A stretch of DNA of 63,887 bases, filler included, from Octopus bimaculoides (Eukaryota), in the NCBI RefSeq assembly GCF_001194135.2. It is 6 parts of 6 records of this genome, joined end to end, with 100 filler letters (N's around TTAATTAATTAA, not from the genome) between each part and the next. Parts side by side here need not be neighbours in the genome. Positions count along the whole stretch, not along the records: positions 53,043 to 56,867 come from NW_026295691.1; positions 56,968 to 59,807 come from NW_026330213.1; positions 59,908 to 63,887 come from NW_026307055.1; 3 more parts are not named here. One strand, 5' to 3'. Below, piece after piece: positions 53,050-63,887 of the stretch. The notes below the pieces were generated by a model. The model ran no database searches. It was not told the DNA's origin and was given only the letters and a program-made list of their open reading frames with translations. Made by a program: the position numbers and the translations under genes. The stretch's first letter is position 1. Every line of letters begins with the position of its first letter.

Positions 53050-53400
53050 TAAGGTAAGAAGTTTGCTTCCCAATCACATTGTTCCAAGTTCAGTCCTACT
53101 GGGTGGCATTTCAGGTCAACCAAAGGCTTGTGGGCGGATTTGACAAACGGAAACTGAAAGAAGCCTGTCGTATATATCTATATAAATATCTATGTGTGTG
53201 TGTCTTTGTGTCAGTGTTTGTTCCCCACCACCATTTGACAACCAGTGTTGGTGCATTTACGTCCCCATAACTTAGCGGTTCTGCAAAACAGACCGACAGA
53301 ATAAGTACCAAGCTTAAAAAATAAAATACTGCAATCGATTCATTCTTCAAGGCAGTGCCCCAGCATGGTCGCAGACTAATGAAGTAAAAGATAAAAGATA
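53050..53400 (+). mobile_element. SINE family A
   Basis: Head (internally deleted) and tail motifs. Confidence 0.8.
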
Positions 53401-53697
53401 AAATATGTATGTATGTATGTATGTATGTAAGAGGCGGTACACAAAAGTAGCCGAAAACGTTCTCTGGGAAACAAGCCCGTTTTAGTTCAGGCTTCCTCTG
53501 CTAGAAGCCACTTGATGCAACCCTCAGGTATCAGTCTCCTGGCCGGTGTTGTTGGGTGTAGTCCTCCTGCCACGTGGTACGTCTTTGCTTTGCATATATA
53601 TTCTGTCCACGTTTAATTGATGTCCGTACCCATATATGCATGTATATATACATATATATGTAGATATGTACTTACATGTATGTACATAAGCATATAT

Positions 53698-53756
<59 letters not shown>

Positions 53757-54341
53757 NNNNNNNNNNNNNNNNNNNNNNNNNNNNNNNNNNNNNNNNNNNN
53801 NNNNNNNNNNNNNNNNNNNNNNNNNNNNNNNNNNNNNNNNNNNNNNNNNNNNNNNNNNNNNNNNNNNNNNNNNNNNNNNNNNNNNNNNNNNNNNNNNNNN
53901 NNNNNNNNNNNNNNNNNNNNNNNNNNNNNNNNNNNNNNNNNNNNNNNNNNNNNNNNNNNNNNNNNNNNNNNNNNNNNNNNNNNNNNNNNNNNNNNNNNNN
54001 NNNNNNNNNNNNNNNNNNNNNNNNNNNNNNNNNNNNNNNNNNNNNNNNNNNNNNNNNNNNNNNNNNNNNNNNNNNNNNNNNNNNNNNNNNNNNNNNNNNN
54101 NNNNNNNNNNNNNNNNNNNNNNNNNNNNNNNNNNNNNNNNNNNNNNNNNNNNNNNNNNNNNNNNNNNNNNNNNNNNNNNNNNNNNNNNNNNNNNNNNNNN
54201 NNNNNNNNNNNNNNNNNNNNNNNNNNNNNNNNNNNNNNNNNNNNNNNNNNNNNNNNNNNNNNNNNNNNNNNNNNNNNNNNNNNNNNNNNNNNNNNNNNNN
54301 NNNNNNNNNNNNNNNNNNNNNNNNNNNNNNNNNNNNNNNNN

Positions 54342-54379
<38 letters not shown>

Positions 54380-56440
54380 GCTATCAAAGTGCCTGTTAAA
54401 GTATACGACACACGAGCAATAAATCAGAACTCCATATGTTCCCTCCAACTCCAAAACAGATGTCCAGGAGAGAGAATGCACGTTATTACATGGATGTTAC
54501 AAGTATATCGGGTGTAATGATTTGAATGTATGTATAAATAGTACATGGCAAGGGAAATTATTGAAGACTGATTTATTTAAAACACATTTACACGTGTTTC
54601 AGGGACTATTACATAATAATTATGTGAAAGATGAATTCGGTAACAGATTTCAGGTAGCTTGGTAGTTGGTTAAACAGCTCCGATGCTACCTTCAAATTTA
54701 CAAAAGGACACGACTGAACATCTTGTCACAAGCTCTAAAGAATATGGAAGTCAAGATTCTCAAGGAAAGGAGAAATGACACACGTACATACAAACATATG
54801 CGTGCACATACTCATGCAAACACTCACATACATATTGCTGATTCATAATCATATTGCAATTCCTGAAAACTACAGTTAACTTTGAACCCAGACAAGGGTT
54901 TGGGCCCTCTTTAGGTTACAAGGTTTGTCCCGGATGAAGACATTCGACAGCTGTAAGTTCTCTTCAAAAATAGCCCTTGTCAATTAAAAAGGGCCCTAAT
55001 TCTTGTGTGGATGCAAAACAAATAGTAGTTGACTTCTCGCCAATTTTAGAGTGGAGTGTTTTTACGAAATTTCCTACATATATACATATGATACATTTGC
55101 ATTTATACAAACGCATACATATGTATACATACAAATATATTCATATATATATATATATATATATATATACTAGCTGTTTTTCCCGGTTTCACTCTGGCAG
55201 TGTGGTGGATTTGGTTAAAGGCTATTTCCTATGTATATTTTGAATAATAAAAAGAACTAAAAATAAAAAAAACAAAAATTCCAAAACAAAAAAAACTAAG
55301 AACAACCCAAAAACAATACGATGCTAAGGATTTTGCGGGTCGATATTGTNNNNNNNNNNNNNNNNNNNNNNNNNNNNNNNNNNNNNNNNNNNNNNNNNNN
55401 NNNNNNNNNNNNNNNNNNNNNNNNNNNNNNNNNNNNNNNNNNNNNNNNNNNNNNNNNNNNNNNNNNNNNNNNNNNNNNNNNNNNNNNNNNNNNNNNNNNN
55501 NNNNNNNNNNNNNNNNNNNNNNNNNNNNNNNNNNNNNNNNNNNNNNNNNNNNNNNNNNNNNNNNNNNNNNNNNNNNNNNNNNNNNNNNNNNNNNNNNNNN
55601 NNNNNNNNNNNNNNNNNNNNNNNNNNNNNNNNNNNNNNNNNNNNNNNNNNNNNNNNNNNNNNNNNNNNNNNNNNNNNNNNNNNNNNNNNNNNNNNNNNNN
55701 NNNNNNNNNNNNNNNNNNNNNNNNNNNNNNNNNNNNNNNNNNNNNNNNNNNNNNNNNNNNNNNNNNNNNNNNNNNNNNNNNNNNNNNNNNNNNNNNNNNN
55801 NNNNNNNNNNNNNNNNNNNNNNNNNNNNNNNNNNNNNNNNNNNNNNNNNNNNNNNNNNNNNNNNNNNNNNNNNNNNNNNNNNNNNNNNNNNNNNNNNNNN
55901 NNNNNNNNNNNNNNNNNNNNNNNNNNNNNNNNNNNNNNNNNNNNNNNNNNNNNNNNNNNNNNNNNNNNNNNNNNNNNNNNNNNNNNNNNNNNNNNNNNNN
56001 NNNNNNNNNNNNNNNNNNNNNNNNNNNNNNNNNNNNNNNNNNNNNNNNNNNNNNNNNNNNNNNNNNNNNNNNNNNNNNNNNNNNNNNNNNNNNNNNNNNN
56101 NNNNNNNNNNNNNNNNNNNNNNNNNNNNNNNNNNNNNNNNNNNNNNNNNNNNNNNNNNNNNNNNNNNNNNNNNNNNNNNNNNNNNNNNNNNNNNNNNNNN
56201 NNNNNNNNNNNNNNNNNNNNNNNNNNNNNNNNNNNNNNNNNNNNNNNNNNNNNNNNNNNNNNNNNNNNNNNNNNNNNNNNNNNNNNNNNNNNNNNNNNNN
56301 NNNNNNNNNNNNNNNNNNNNNNNNNNNNNTTTTGCAGAAAACATATAAGCATAGAATGCATATAGAAAGCATATTCTACCTTGGTATTCGAGTATTATAT
56401 TTTACCAACTTATTTTGCATTTGTGTGCTTACTTGTGTAT

Positions 56441-56484
<44 letters not shown>

Positions 56485-56967
56485 CATCTAAAAGTAAACA
56501 GACATCTTTTTTATTTCACGGATTTGTTTTTCAAATCAAAATAATGTAATTCGATGCATTTAAACACTTAATCTAGTGTTTAGTAGGCATGTCTTGCGCA
56601 GTTTTTAAAGGTTTAACCCGTTTGAGAATCTTACTAATGAACAGTGTCTGCACAGATGACATGGTATAATGAAGAGCGTCTAATTACTTTTGATATGTGT
56701 GTGTACACTCACAAACACACATACACACACACACACACGCATATTTATATACATATATATACGTATATATATATGCATGTATATTGTTAAACAAACACAG
56801 AGACAAGGTGAGACATAGACAAATACATTTACTTATGCATATATAGTCAAGCTCATATATATATATANNNNNNNNNNNNNNNNNNNNNNNNNNNNNNNNN
56901 NNNNNNNNNNNTTAATTAATTAANNNNNNNNNNNNNNNNNNNNNNNNNNNNNNNNNNNNNNNNNNNN

Positions 56968-59807
56968 GCTCGAACGGAGCAGATGGAGGCCGAACGGTCG
57001 AACGTACATTCGAATTCCGCTCGATAGTTGCAGAGGGAGGCTGAACGGACGCACGTACGTTCCAATTCCGCACGAACGGGGCGGAGGGATGCCGAAAGGA
57101 CGCACGTACGTTCGAATTCCGCACGAACGGTGCAGAGGGAGGCCGAACGAACGCATGTACGTTCGAATTCCGCTCGAACGGTGCAGAGAGAAGCCTAACG
57201 GACGCACGTAAGTTCGAATTCCGCTCGATCGGAGAAGATGGAGGCCGAACGGTGCAGAATGAGGACGAACGTGCGTATTCGGCCACTCTCTACACCGTTC
57301 GTGCATAATTCGAACGTACGTGCGTCCGTTCAGCATGCCTCTGCACCGTTCAAGCGGAATNNNNNNNNNNNNNNNNNNNNNNNNNNNNNNNNNNNNNNNN
57401 NNNNNNNNNNNNNNNNNNNNNNNNNNNNNNNNNNNNNNNNNNNNNNNNNNNNNNNNNNNNNNNNNNNNNNNNNNNNNNNNNNNNNNNNNNNNNNNNNNNN
57501 NNNNNNNNNNNNNNNNNNNNNNNNNNNNNNNNNNNNNNNNNNNNNNNNNNNNNNNNNNNNNNNNNNNNNNNNNNNNNNNNNNNNNNNNNNNNNNNNNNNN
57601 NNNNNNNNNNNNNNNNNNNNNNNNNNNNNNNNNNNNNNNNNNNNNNNNNNNNNNNNNNNNNNNNNNNNNNNNNNNNNNNNNNNNNNNNNNNNNNNNNNNN
57701 NNNNNNNNNNNNNNNNNNNNNNNNNNNNNNNNNNNNNNNNNNNNNNNNNNNNNNNNNNNNNNNNNNNNNNNNNNNNNNNNNNNNNNNNNNNNNNNNNNNN
57801 NNNNNNNNNNNNNNNNNNNNNNNNNNNNNNNNNNNNNNNNNNNNNNNNNNNNNNNNNNNNNNNNNNNNNNNNNNNNNNNNNNNNNNNNNNNNNNNNNNNN
57901 NNNNNNNNNNNNNNNNNNNNNNNNNNNNNNNNNNNNNNNNNNNNNNNNNNNNNNNNNNNNNNNNNNNNNNNNNNNNNNNNNNNNNNNNNNNNNNNNNNNN
58001 NNNNNNNNNNNNNNNNNNNNNNNNNNNNNNNNNNNNNNNNNNNNNNNNNNNNNNNNNNNNNNNNNNNNNNNNNNNNNNNNNNNNNNNNNNNNNNNNNNNN
58101 NNNNNNNNNNNNNNNNNNNNNNNNNNNNNNNNNNNNNNNNNNNNNNNNNNNNNNNNNNNNNNNNNNNNNNNNNNNNNNNNNNNNNNNNNNNNNNNNNNNN
58201 NNNNNNNNNNNNNNNNNNNNNNNNNNNNNNNNNNNNNNNNNNNNNNNNNNNNNNNNNNNNNNNNNNNNNNNNNNNNNNNNNNNNNNNNNNNNNNNNNNNN
58301 NNNNNNNNNNNNNNNNNNNNNNNNCCGCTCGAACAGAGCAGATGGAGGCCAAACGGACGAACGTACATTCGAATTCCGCTCGAAAGGTGCAGAGGGATGC
58401 CGAGCGGACGTACGTATGTCCTCCGAACTGACGCAGGAACGTTCGATTTCGACTCATACGGTGCAGAATGAGGACGAACGGACGCACATATGTTCGAATT
58501 CAGCTCGAACGGTTCAGAGGGAGGCCGAACACACGTACGTACGTTCGAATTGCGCTCGAACGGACGCACGTACGTCCGAATTCCGCTCGAACGGTGCAGA
58601 GGGATGCCGAACGGACGCACGAACGTTCGAATTCGACTCGAACGGTGGAGAATGAGTAAGAACGGTCGTACGTACGTTCGAATTCAGCTCGAACGGTGCA
58701 GATGGAGGCGGAATGGACGCATGTACGTTCGAATTGCTCTCGATCGGTGGAGGAGGCCGAACGGACGCACGTACGTTCGAATTGAGCTCGTTCGGAGCAG
58801 AGGGAGGCCGAACGGACGCAGGTACGTTCGAATTCCGCTCGTACGGTGCAGAGAGAAGCCTAACGGACGCTCGTACTTTCGAATTCCACTCGACCGGTGC
58901 AGAGGGAGGCCGAGCGGACGCANNNNNNNNNNGCCGAACTGATGCACGTACATTCGAATTCCTCTCGACCGGTTGAGAGGGAGGCCGAGCGGACGCATGT
59001 ACGTTCCAATTTCGTACGAACGGTGCGGAGTGACGCCGAAAGAACGCACGTACGTTCGAATTCCGCTCTAACGGTGCAGAGGGTGGCCGAACGAACGCAT
59101 GTACTTTCGAATTCCGCTCAAACGGTGCAGAATGAGGACGAACAGACGCACGTACGTTCGAATTGCGCTTGAACGGTTCAGAGGGAGGCCGAACACACGT
59201 ACGTACGTTAGATTTGCGCTCGAACGGACGCACGTACGTTCGAATTCCGCTCGAACGGTGCAGAGGGATGCCGAACGGACGCACGAACGTTCGAATTCGA
59301 CTCGAACGGTGGAGAATGATGACGAAAGGACGTACGTACGTTCGAATTCAGCTCGAACGGTGCAGAGGGAGGCGGAATGGACGCACGTACGTTCGAATTG
59401 CGCTCGAACGGTGGAGGAGGCCGACCGGACGCACGTACGTTCGAATTCCGCTCGTACGGTGCATAGGGATGCCGAACGGACGCACGAACGTTCGAATTCG
59501 ACTCGGACGGTGCATAATGAGGACGAACGGACGTACGTACGTTCGAATTCAGCTCGAACGGTGCAGAGGATCGCCGAACGGACGCACGTACGTTCGTATT
59601 GCGGTCAAACGGTGAGGAGGGAGGCCGAAAGTACGCTCGTACGTTCGAATTCCGCTCGAACGGTGCAGAGGGTGGCTTAACGGACGCACGTACTTTCGAA
59701 TTCCGCTCGAACGGTGCAGAGTGAGGCCGAAAGGACGTACGTACGTTCGAATTGTGCTCGAACGGTGCAGAAGGAGGCCGAACGGACGCACGTACTTTCG
59801 AAATCCG
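56968..59807. repeat. 51-bp CpG-rich satellite array with higher-order structure; internal gaps at 57361-58324 and 58923-58932
   Basis: Consensus CCGAACGGACGCACGTACGTTCGAATTCCGCTCGAACGGTGCAGAGGGAGG; variant monomers of about 31, 48 and 54 bp. Confidence 0.95.
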
Positions 59808-59907
59808 NNNNNNNNNNNNNNNNNNNNNNNNNNNNNNNNNNNNNNNNNNNNTTAATTAATTAANNNNNNNNNNNNNNNNNNNNNNNNNNNNNNNNNNNNN
59901 NNNNNNN

Positions 59908-59957
<50 letters not shown>

Positions 59958-61879
59958 GTATGTATGCACAAACGTATATATAAATCACTCACCCACACAT
60001 GTAATATTGTAAGATGCATACATAAAGTTGTTCATATATATATACACACACATGCAAACATGCATGTATACAACACATGTATACAAAGAGATACAAAGAT
60101 AGATAGATTGATATAGATAGATAGATAGATAGATAGATACATACATACATACATACATACATACATACATACATACATACATACATAGACTGAGATATAT
60201 AGACACACACACACACAGACTCTGATTGGCAGACTGACAGACAGATAAATAAAAGACAGAACATTTTATTAATAACGAAGGAGAAAGAAAAAGAGAACGA
60301 AAAGAAGGAAGAAAGAACGAATTCTGAAGAGGAAAGAGAGAGAGAGAGAGATTTGGCCGAGCAAAAAGACAAAACTAAAACAAATAAATAAACCATACAA
60401 GAACTAAAAGAATATATACAAAAAGAAATCAAAAACCCAACATAAAATACAAGATGGTTCTGGAAGGTAAAATTTTGGAATCGTGGCAGCCAAACCAATG
60501 AGAGTTGGAAGCAAGTTTGGCTAAAGTCTTTGGAATCACGTAGAAACACTTAAACTTGGTTTGGACAATGATGGCTGCCCGTCGGTGGTCACGGCTATCA
60601 CGTGACTCCGGAGACAGGCGACTGGAAGCTCAACCTATTTTCTTGTTTGTCTGTCGTCTGTCTGTGTGTCAATGTCTCTCTCTCTCACAGCACGAAAGTT
60701 TCTTCTTGAGGACGAAGGTCGCTGTAAAGTGTGCATGTATGTATATACCTATATACACATATATGCATATATATACATACATATATATATATGTATATAT
60801 ANNNNNNNNNNNNNNNNNNNNNNNNNNNNNNNNNNNNNNNNNNNNNNNNNNNNNNNNNNNNNNNNNNNNNNNNNNNNNNNNNNNNNNNNNNNNNNNNNNN
60901 NNNNNNNNNNNNNNNNNNNNNNNNNNNNNNNNNNNNNNNNNNNNNNNNNNNNNNNNNNNNNNNNNNNNNNNNNNNNNNNNNNNNNNNNNNNNNNNNNNNN
61001 NNNNNNNNNNNNNNNNNNNNNNNNNNNNNNNNNNNNNNNNNNNNNNNNNNNNNNNNNNNNNNNNNNNNNNNNNNNNNNNNNNNNNNNNNNNNNNNNNNNN
61101 NNNNNNNNNNNNNNNNNNNNNNNNNNNNNNNNNNNTACATATATACACATACACACATATATATACACACACACATAGACACCATTATATTCCATGTAAA
61201 ACCTCGCCGATACTTGAGCCAGCACTGTCTCTGAGGCATTAATTACCACCACCACCACCACTACCACCACCAACACCGTCTTCTCTGCTGTGGTGGCCAT
61301 CGTCACCTCCCCATCTTCAAAATGGTAGTAGTAACTGTTATCGTTAGAAAAGATCATTATTCTATTCCTGTTAATTTTATGATTTAGCCCCTGGTCAGGT
61401 CTGAACTACCAGATTATTGATCAAAGACCATTCCAATCGTGACATTTCCAGAGCCGTATTATTCAACTTGCATTTTTTTTTTAACCCTTTGCTTCCCCTA
61501 AGAATTACACGACGATACCTCAGACATATTCCCTTAGCGTCCATACATCATATATGATGCGTGTTCCTAATTTTTTATCTATCACCAGAGTAACTTGGGA
61601 CTTATTTCAGGAAAGATCTATACCACATAGGATGTATGAAACAGACGCATTGTAAAGACACATTTTCTGTAACATAATTCACCATTGACACATTCTAAGT
61701 GTCTCTTCAAACAGAACTGTTTGACAATTTGCCTGTCCTATGTATTGCATGTGATACACAAGACATTGGCTTCGCGTCCTTACATCATATATGATGCACG
61801 TTCCCAAGTTTTTTCAACCACCAGAATAACTTAGGACAACACACACTCACACACACATACACACACGGACTAAATTAAG

Positions 61880-62070
61880 TAAAAAAAAAAAATGGGAAAA
61901 TAATCCAGAACCCTTGTCCGGTACCGGATCGATCCCAAAGTCAGATTGTGCCAGACATGAGGCCAAACATCCCTGAAAGTTTCGTACGAATCCATCCAGC
62001 GGTTCTCGGAGATATCTTGTCCACGGACAAACAAACAAAGGCGACTGCAAACAATACCTTCCGATCATGG
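61880..62070 (+). mobile_element. Possible non-autonomous Helitron/Helentron-type fragment
   Basis: GAAAGTTTCGTACGAATCCATCCAGCGGTTCTCGGAGAT...ACGGACAAACAAACAA resembles HINE/DINE-like blocks; recognised from memory only. Confidence 0.35.
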
Positions 62071-62563
62071 GAAACGTCGGTCTCCCAATGTAGCCAGCGA
62101 CGTAGCATCATTCGAAAGCCAAAACAATGCAAAGAGAATTGTGACTAGCGATCTATAACAATGTCCGATAGTCTGGTCGATACGGAGAGATCGTGATACT
62201 AATGAAGATACGATCAAGCAAACCTCTTGGTGAGCAATCAGTTGATCGATTAGCTGTATTTTGTTTTCATTAAATCAACGCGTATCCTTAAGGGAATTCT
62301 CAGTTTGAATCAAAGTGTCTCAGTCTGCGACACGTGTGTACTTTTGAAAAATGGGAACAGTCCACTTGATAGGCTTCATTAAAGTTTTCAGCCACCCGAT
62401 TCCAATGAAAAGACCTAGATGCTATACATGTGGTACACTTCAATCGTCATACGGTTTTAAAATGCTACGTGGTACACTGGGTAACTTTCATGGATCCCTC
62501 TTTAATCTTGGATGCTCGGCAAAATTTTTGGGGTACCGTCTTCCACCATGATTAAATGGTCAC

Positions 62564-62609
<46 letters not shown>

Positions 62610-62784
62610 CTTTCTACTCTAGGCACAAGGCCTGAAATTTGGTGGGGAGGGGACTAGTCGATTTCATCGACCCCCAGTGTTTCTCTGGTACTTAATTTAT
62701 CGACCCCGAAAAGATGAAAAGCAAAGTCAACCTCGGCGGAATTTGAACTCAGAACGTAAAGACAGACGAAATACTGCTAAGCGT

Positions 62785-63350
62785 ATACACACACACACAC
62801 ACGAACACACATACATTAACACTTACACACGGTTAGAAACAAACACATAAGCACATATATATTTACACACAAACCACACACACACACACACACACACACA
62901 GACATGAACCATGCACGCACAACTAGATACAAACACACAAAACTATGCACGCATACACATACATACACACATAGCTACATACACACACATTTACACAAAT
63001 TCAAACCACACACACAATTGCACATACATACACACACATACACAGCTATGCACACACACAGCTACTCACATACACACATAACTATACACACGCGCACACA
63101 AAGCTACACAAATATACACACACAGCTACATACACGCATCTACACAAATATACACACACAGCTACATACACGCATCTACACAAACACACAAACCTTACAC
63201 ACATCTATACATACTCACACACACGCACTGACAACTATGTATACACACTTACACACACACAACTACTCACATTTACACGCACAGCTACAATGCACACACA
63301 ACTATATATGCACTCTCACACACACCCACACACACATAATTACAGGTTAC
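62785..63350. repeat. Degenerate CA-rich microsatellite with a short internal duplication
   Basis: CACA/TACA-rich; ACACACAGCTACATACACGCATCTACACAAA occurs twice in tandem (~63115-63185). Confidence 0.9.
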
Positions 63351-63887
63351 ATCCAGATCATCAGAAAGGAAAAAAAACTGACAAAACAGCAAAAAAGACA
63401 AACAGACCAAGAAAACAAGAATTAACAACAACAAACACCACCAGTGATTTTCCCGCCATTAATATAACGCGCCAACCGGCCACCAAACCAGCCAGCCTGC
63501 CGACCAACCGCCTCATTAGCGGTAAGATCTAATGCCATCATATACTTGAACCAATATGAAGCCACCGTGGGGCAACACTGACGGAGTACGGGGTGAGCAC
63601 AGTGCTCGGTGGTCCCTCGTTGCTGGTGACAGTGGTGGAGGCACAGTGCGATTCCTGGAGGGGGTGGGGATGGAACCAACTCTATAATTATATATTATTA
63701 TATAGCCGTATTAAAAGAGCTGTTTTTGTTGTTTGTTGTTTTATTTCTTTCTTCTTTGCTCCGGTGTTAGTTATGGTGGAAGCGAGGCTTGCTTCTTGTG
63801 TTGGTGTTGGTGGGCATGAGAGGAGAAGTGATGGGTTAGGCGGTCACGTGGTGTGGAGTAGTATGTTATTTGTGGTGGGTTGGTTAG

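Noticed and set aside
56968-59807. Long ORFs in several frames (e.g. 59099-59680, 58514-59284)
   Set aside because: They arise because the 51-bp unit is a multiple of 3 and lacks stops. Both strands are open and a ~31-bp monomer shifts the frame.
56968-59807. CRISPR-like or CENP-B-box interpretation of the satellite
   Set aside because: There are no unique spacers, the DNA is eukaryotic, and TTCG is not followed by the CENP-B consensus spacing.

Overview
Repeat-rich, gapped animal genomic DNA. The SINE families, microsatellite load and transposon set look like an octopus genome (inference, not checked). One protein-coding gene is recognisable: a minus-strand CHTOP (chromatin target of PRMT1) orthologue. 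It has three firm, phase-compatible exons (21708-21773 running into a gap, 11969-12224, 10975-11089) and one tentative exon (6084-6113). The rest is tRNA-headed CORE-type SINEs, an RTE LINE fragment and RTE-tail repeats, Tc1/mariner relics, hAT- and piggyBac-type MITEs, a Penelope-like RT relic, microsatellites and a 51-bp CpG-rich satellite. Five N44-TTAATTAATTAA-N44 spacers are assembly joins, so adjacency across them is uncertain. The most interesting unannotated signals are three. (1) Three unrelated short repeat families carry minimal type-I hammerhead ribozyme motifs with palindromic stem III; one family has a U3-A8 variant core with compensatory changes between copies. (2) A ~380-nt imperfect hairpin downstream of the last firm CHTOP exon has arm differences that are mostly G.U wobbles on the CHTOP sense strand only. 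(3) The 51-bp satellite shows a higher-order repeat. All alignments and counts were done by eye.
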